DNA from: Candidatus Heimdallarchaeota archaeon
GTDB lineage: Archaea; Asgardarchaeota; Heimdallarchaeia; JABLTI01
Direction: 5' to 3'
NCBI GenBank assembly: GCA_018238155.1
Contig: JABCTZ010000022.1
Coordinates: forward strand, 32,001-96,000
DNA: 64,000 nucleotides
Both the position numbers and the translations under genes were made by a program. Every line of letters starts with the position of its first letter. The stretch's first letter is position 1. Of this stretch, positions 59,612 through 64,000 are shown in pieces. The notes under the pieces were generated by a model. It was not told where the DNA came from. It searched no databases and saw only the letters and a program-made list of their open reading frames with translations.

Positions 59612-60334
59612 TTATGATAAATTGCCATTTATTTTTAAAAGTAATTCAGGTAAATCCTTCAATAATGGAATGATATATGTTGGGTTATATTCAGCTAATC
59701 TTGCACCATAAATTGGACCGAATTCACCTAGAATACTTACCATTCGAACATTAGCTCTTTGTGCTGCAACGATATCAGTTGGAAGATCACCAATGTAAAG
59801 GCATTCACTTGATTTCAAACCTAGCCCTTTGACTCCTTTAAGTATGCTTTCTGGATGAGGTTTTGCATGATTACAATCATCTCGAGTAATAATTACATCA
59901 AAATCTCTCAAACTTGGTATCTTCTTTAAAGCTCTCTCAATAACATTTCTCTCAGCAGAAGTTACTAAACCCATTTTGTATTGAGTAGCTAATTGTTCGA
60001 GTGTTTCATTTGCATAAGGTAAAGGTACAATATTCATTTTACTTTTATAGTACATAACACTACCAGTGATCATAAATTTTAATCTTTGAAAAGCATTCAA
60101 AGTTCTAACATTACTTATCTCTAAAAATTTCATCAATGCATAAAGTGGACTAACCTTCTCACCTGACAATAATCGCTTCAATGTCTGATGCAAAGTTTTA
60201 ATAACCAGATCTTGTTTAATATCTGGTTTTGCTTTTTTTAATGCCCAGAGATATGGCCAACCTATTCGAGCCATCAACGAGGAAATCACGCCATCAAAAT
60301 CAAACAGTATTCCAGTAACAGGTGTTTCCTTCAT
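59612..60334 (-). CDS. HAD-superfamily hydrolase
   Basis: FDFDGV, VTSA, KPHP, YIGDLPTD. Confidence 0.9.
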   Translation of the reverse strand: MKETPVTGILFDFDGVISSLMARIGWPYLWALKKAKPDIKQDLVIKTLHQTLKRLLSGEKVSPLYALMKFLEISNVRTLNAFQRLKFMITGSVMYYKSKMNIVPLPYANETLEQLATQYKMGLVTSAERNVIERALKKIPSLRDFDVIITRDDCNHAKPHPESILKGVKGLGLKSSECLYIGDLPTDIVAAQRANVRMVSILGEFGPIYGARLAEYNPTYIIPLLKDLPELLLKINGNLS

Positions 60335-60529
60335 TATTATTAGTCCTATGAATTTCTACCATAAAGTTATCTCTCGACATTAAAGTTTATTGATGTAGAA
60401 GTAAATCCATTTTTCATAAAAAACACACTTGAATTGAGATATTCAGAAATATTCATTTAATTAAAGAAGGAAATATTTACAAGAATATAAATTATCATTC
60501 GGGATGTGAATTGTACATTGCCTAAACAC

Positions 60530-61375
60530 ATGAAAACTCTAACAGAATATATTCGAGACTTACATAGTGATGAAACCAAAGTGCAAATTCAGGCAGCAAT
60601 CGCTTTAGGAGAATGGGACAATGACCGAGCAGTTACACCACTTATTAAAGCTCTCTCTGCAAAGAATGATGATTTTAGGAGAGAAACCGCTCGAGCACTA
60701 AAAGAGATAGGAAATAAAAGAGCGATTAAACCACTATTAGATGTTATTTATAATGACCCTTCTCCCGAAGTGCGAGCTGAAGCGGCATATGCTCTCGGTT
60801 ATTTTGCCCTATCTAGCAAACAAGTTGATGTGCTCATAGATTCGCTCAATGATGAACATTATTTAGTTAGACAAAACATAGTCTTTGCTCTAGGAAAGAT
60901 AAAAAGAAGAAAGAGTGTATTGCCACTATTAAAATTGCTTGTTAGTGAAGAAAATTATAATGTAAGGGAATTAATTGCTTGGTCTCTAGGAGAACTAAAA
61001 GATAAAAGAGCAATTCAACCTTTAATTATAGCTTTAAGTGATACACATATTGCAGTGAGAAAGAATGCTGCTTTTGCTCTTGGTAGATTAGCGGACTCTT
61101 CAGCAACTACTGCACTAAAAAATAATCTCCTTCGAGATGGAGAAGCAAAAGAGAACGCTTGGGCTCTAAGTAAAATTTTAAAGAAACGTTCTGTTGTAAA
61201 ATTGCTAAAACAGAGTTTTAAGAAGAAGAAGAAAGAGAAAGTATATGAGGATTGTGTGGAAATTTGTAGAGTATTATTTGAAATAGAACGTAAAAGTGCA
61301 GAGAAGCTCATTAAAGAAATGCTAAATGAAATAGATTTCGCTCACTATCACGATGAAATTAAAGCTATAATCTGA
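60530..61375 (+). CDS. HEAT/PBS-lyase repeat protein
   Basis: Repeated VR..AA.ALG...D.RA..PLI.AL units. Confidence 0.88.
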   Translation: MKTLTEYIRDLHSDETKVQIQAAIALGEWDNDRAVTPLIKALSAKNDDFRRETARALKEIGNKRAIKPLLDVIYNDPSPEVRAEAAYALGYFALSSKQVDVLIDSLNDEHYLVRQNIVFALGKIKRRKSVLPLLKLLVSEENYNVRELIAWSLGELKDKRAIQPLIIALSDTHIAVRKNAAFALGRLADSSATTALKNNLLRDGEAKENAWALSKILKKRSVVKLLKQSFKKKKKEKVYEDCVEICRVLFEIERKSAEKLIKEMLNEIDFAHYHDEIKAII

Positions 61376-61389
61376 AGAAATTCTAAAGT

Positions 61390-62103
61390 CTAATCTTCAT
61401 CAGTTGAAACAATGACTGCCTCTAAAACATCATCTAACAATGGTCGATCTTGATCAAGTGGAGGTCCTTCTATTGCTTGCGCCTTACCAATTTTGGGTGC
61501 TTCGCCTAAATCACGTAAACCACTACTTCTTCGCACACTCGTAGTTGCGGGTCCAACTGCAACCCTTGATTGAGAAATTGCTCGAGTTAGCTTTGATTCC
61601 ATTTGGTCGATCCTTTTTATTAATTGCAAAACCTCTTCATTACTCATTTCAGCTGTAACTGGTTTCTTTTTCCCTTTTGGAGACTTTTCTTCTTTAGGCA
61701 TAATCTTGCTGAACTTCATTCCCAAGTCTTCAATTTTCTCAAGTATTTTTTCATTTGCTTCATCTGATAATTGAAATTGATCTGTTTGATTGATTGTTCC
61801 AGCTTCAACAGGAACTAAATGACCAATATCTTCTTTCAAAGTTTGAATGAAAGAATGTAATTCATCTAATCGCTTAGAAGTGTTAGGATCAGTTGTGCTG
61901 AGCGTTTCGGAATATTTGGGTGGAGGACTTTTGGTAGATGCAGAACCAAAATATTGCTCATGAAGTGCAGAAATAGCATTAGTAATAACTTCTTCCACAG
62001 AAGAATACTTAGTTAGAAGGTCTTCAATTTCATCTTTGGTATCAGATTCATATATATAGTCCAAATTGAATCTTGGTCCTCTGATTTTTCTACCACTCAA
62101 CAA
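61390..62103 (-). CDS. Hypothetical coiled-coil protein
   Basis: 237-aa ORF, TTG start with GGAG upstream. Confidence 0.6.
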   Translation of the reverse strand: MLSGRKIRGPRFNLDYIYESDTKDEIEDLLTKYSSVEEVITNAISALHEQYFGSASTKSPPPKYSETLSTTDPNTSKRLDELHSFIQTLKEDIGHLVPVEAGTINQTDQFQLSDEANEKILEKIEDLGMKFSKIMPKEEKSPKGKKKPVTAEMSNEEVLQLIKRIDQMESKLTRAISQSRVAVGPATTSVRRSSGLRDLGEAPKIGKAQAIEGPPLDQDRPLLDDVLEAVIVSTDED

Positions 62104-62256
62104 TCTTTAGCTCCATCAACAAAACAATAATTTCTATTTATAGTCTTTTGTTCCTCATCCATTTTTATTTTTTTGTTTAACTGATAAAAAGTGACCGTTC
62201 ATTACTATTCATTTTTTTCATTATATTATTTTAATCTTGTTCCTATTAAGACCACC

Positions 62257-63057
62257 TTAACGTTTAAACAACCATTTTTCATCTTTAAAGAGTTCTTGTC
62301 CAATTCTCACAGCGTCTGTCTTTTCTTTTTCAGAAAGCTTGCCAGGAACAAGTGATACTTTCAAAGCATTTCCAAGTCCTTCTATCAAAGCATTACCTAT
62401 TTCATCAAAGGATGGAGTAGTACCTAATTCTAATTCAAGACTTGAGACTCTTTCTTTCGCGTGGGAAATCAATTTTGCTTTTATCTTTTCATCAGGTACG
62501 ATCAACAATGAGAACATCTTCTCTACGTTAACTTGTCTCAAAATGGTGCCATGCTGTAATACAACTCCATTACGACGTGTTAAAGCACTTCCAGAAATCT
62601 TCTTGCCAGATTTTTTGAGAATAATATCATTTATAGGTTTAAATTCTGATTCAACATTTAGCTTTGCTAATCCATCAACGACTCCCCCACAAATCAATGC
62701 ATAAATTTTCATAATATCTTGTGGTATACGTTTATCTGAAGTCAAACAGTTGACGGAATAAGTTAATTCCCCATCAATATCATGATATACTGCTCCACCA
62801 CCAGTAATTCGACGAATGTAATCTACTCCCATTTTCTTACAATTGTCAATATTGATGACCTTTCTCATTGATTGAAAATAGCCAATGGAAACTGATGAGG
62901 GGTTCCAACGATACAGACGAATAGTATTAGGTGATTCGCCTGCAGCAACAGCTTCAAGTACAGCTTTATCTAATCCCATATTAAAATAACAATCGCCGGG
63001 TGTTTTTTCCCAAATTAAGCGCCATTCTGAATCGTTCATAAGTATCAACACAAACAC
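62257..63057 (-). CDS. lplA: Lipoate-protein ligase A, catalytic domain
   Basis: NMGLD, RLYRW...SIGYFQ, RRITGGGAVYHD, NDI...KKISGSA...LQHGT. Confidence 0.9.
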   Translation of the reverse strand: MFVLILMNDSEWRLIWEKTPGDCYFNMGLDKAVLEAVAAGESPNTIRLYRWNPSSVSIGYFQSMRKVINIDNCKKMGVDYIRRITGGGAVYHDIDGELTYSVNCLTSDKRIPQDIMKIYALICGGVVDGLAKLNVESEFKPINDIILKKSGKKISGSALTRRNGVVLQHGTILRQVNVEKMFSLLIVPDEKIKAKLISHAKERVSSLELELGTTPSFDEIGNALIEGLGNALKVSLVPGKLSEKEKTDAVRIGQELFKDEKWLFKR

Positions 63058-63105
63058 TAGAAGAAAAGCATTTCTAAAAAATGAATAATTAAAGAGCAGC
63101 TCCTC

Positions 63106-63633
63106 TCAAAAACCATATAGAGATTGAAGAAATGGTATATAGACGAATATTGAAAATATTGTTTTGAATATTATATGTAAAACTGCTCCAACAGCAGCGA
63201 TTATTATTGAATTTCTTATTTTGTGATCAGTACTACCAAGATTCTTGGCCTCAAAAGCATAAAAGATTGTTAAAATTAACCACTTTGTTCCACCCATACA
63301 TAATGTAAGCCAAGCAAATAACCAAGCAAATTTGAGTTTATTCTCAATTTGTTCTTGAGCATAAGATTCCCGTTGATCATAAATTGTTTGTTGACCATAC
63401 ATTTGTGAGGGTGAGCAATCACCAAGCTGTCTCAAATTATCGGATTGACAACTATCTCGCGGACTTGGAGGGGATGTATTTGATGATTTAAAAGGACCCA
63501 TCTTCTGTTCTTTTAAAGCTCCTCCACATGTTCCACAAAAAAGATCATTTTTATTGACAATTGCTCCACAATGAGAGCAAATAACAAATTTTTCTGATGA
63601 CATTTTCTCCTCTTTCCTAAAGTAAAAGTTCAT
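63106..63633 (-). CDS. Zinc-ribbon membrane protein
   Basis: CSHCG...FCGTCG plus C-terminal TM helices. Confidence 0.7.
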   Translation of the reverse strand: MNFYFRKEEKMSSEKFVICSHCGAIVNKNDLFCGTCGGALKEQKMGPFKSSNTSPPSPRDSCQSDNLRQLGDCSPSQMYGQQTIYDQRESYAQEQIENKLKFAWLFAWLTLCMGGTKWLILTIFYAFEAKNLGSTDHKIRNSIIIAAVGAVLHIIFKTIFSIFVYIPFLQSLYGF

Positions 63634-63702
63634 TAGACTTTAGAATCTTATTTGTAATCACTATATTAAAACTTGTTCAAATTATTTTATGCTATTACAG
63701 CA

Positions 63703-64000
63703 CTAATTCAAAAATTCAACAAAGTATTGTTCAACCTCTAACAATTCTTTGGAGAGTAAATCCCTTGGAAAATTATACAGTTCTTTGCCAGGAGATTCAT
63801 TATAAAATGGTCTATTACAATGGGGGCAACCTGATGTTTTGAATGGTTTTCCTAAAACAAGTGCATTTTTAATTTCAGCAGTTGATGTTCCAAAATCAAT
63901 AATAACCCCTTCTTCTTTTGAAAAGGACATATTTGAAGAGGAGCTTTTCCCTTTGAAGATCAAGTGTCTTGCAAGTTGGATTCTTCTATATGAAGCCATC
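63703..64000 (-). CDS. C-terminus of a LipS2-like radical SAM protein (5'-partial)
   Basis: TSGCPHCNRPFYNE matches the TxGCPxC(N/D)RP motif of archaeal lipoyl synthase subunit LipS2; lies near lplA. Confidence 0.7.
   Translation of the reverse strand, partial: MASYRRIQLARHLIFKGKSSSSNMSFSKEEGVIIDFGTSTAEIKNALVLGKPFKTSGCPHCNRPFYNESPGKELYNFPRDLLSKELLEVEQYFVEFLN

Overview
AT-rich archaeal chromosomal window, very probably from an Asgard archaeon (Arf-family GTPase, archaeal histone, TiaS, archaeal-type GlyA, proteasome alpha/beta, PDCD5-like protein, class III signal peptide protein). It holds housekeeping and metabolic genes: ppdK, sdhAB, class II fba, glmS, glyA, gcvH, two-subunit fumarase, lplA and a LipS2-like radical SAM enzyme. 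There are two accessory blocks. The first (about 1-6.4 kb) has a HEAT-CHAT protease, a LAGLIDADG-HTH gene interrupted by an in-frame amber codon, and a large PD-(D/E)XK-like protein. The second (about 29.1-40.7 kb) is a partly decayed integrated element, entirely on the minus strand, with two tyrosine recombinases, a ParA/MinD gene, a CATWATG motif array and secreted cargo. The standout observation is in the element's ParA/MinD gene, which is interrupted inside its Walker A lysine codon by a 31-nt insert (33520-33550). This insert folds into a canonical bulge-helix-bulge (BHB) motif, and the predicted endonuclease cuts remove exactly those 31 nt and restore KGGSGKTT. It is therefore a candidate tRNA-endonuclease-type mRNA intron in a mobile element of a probable Asgard archaeon. 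No rRNA, tRNA or CRISPR array was recognised.
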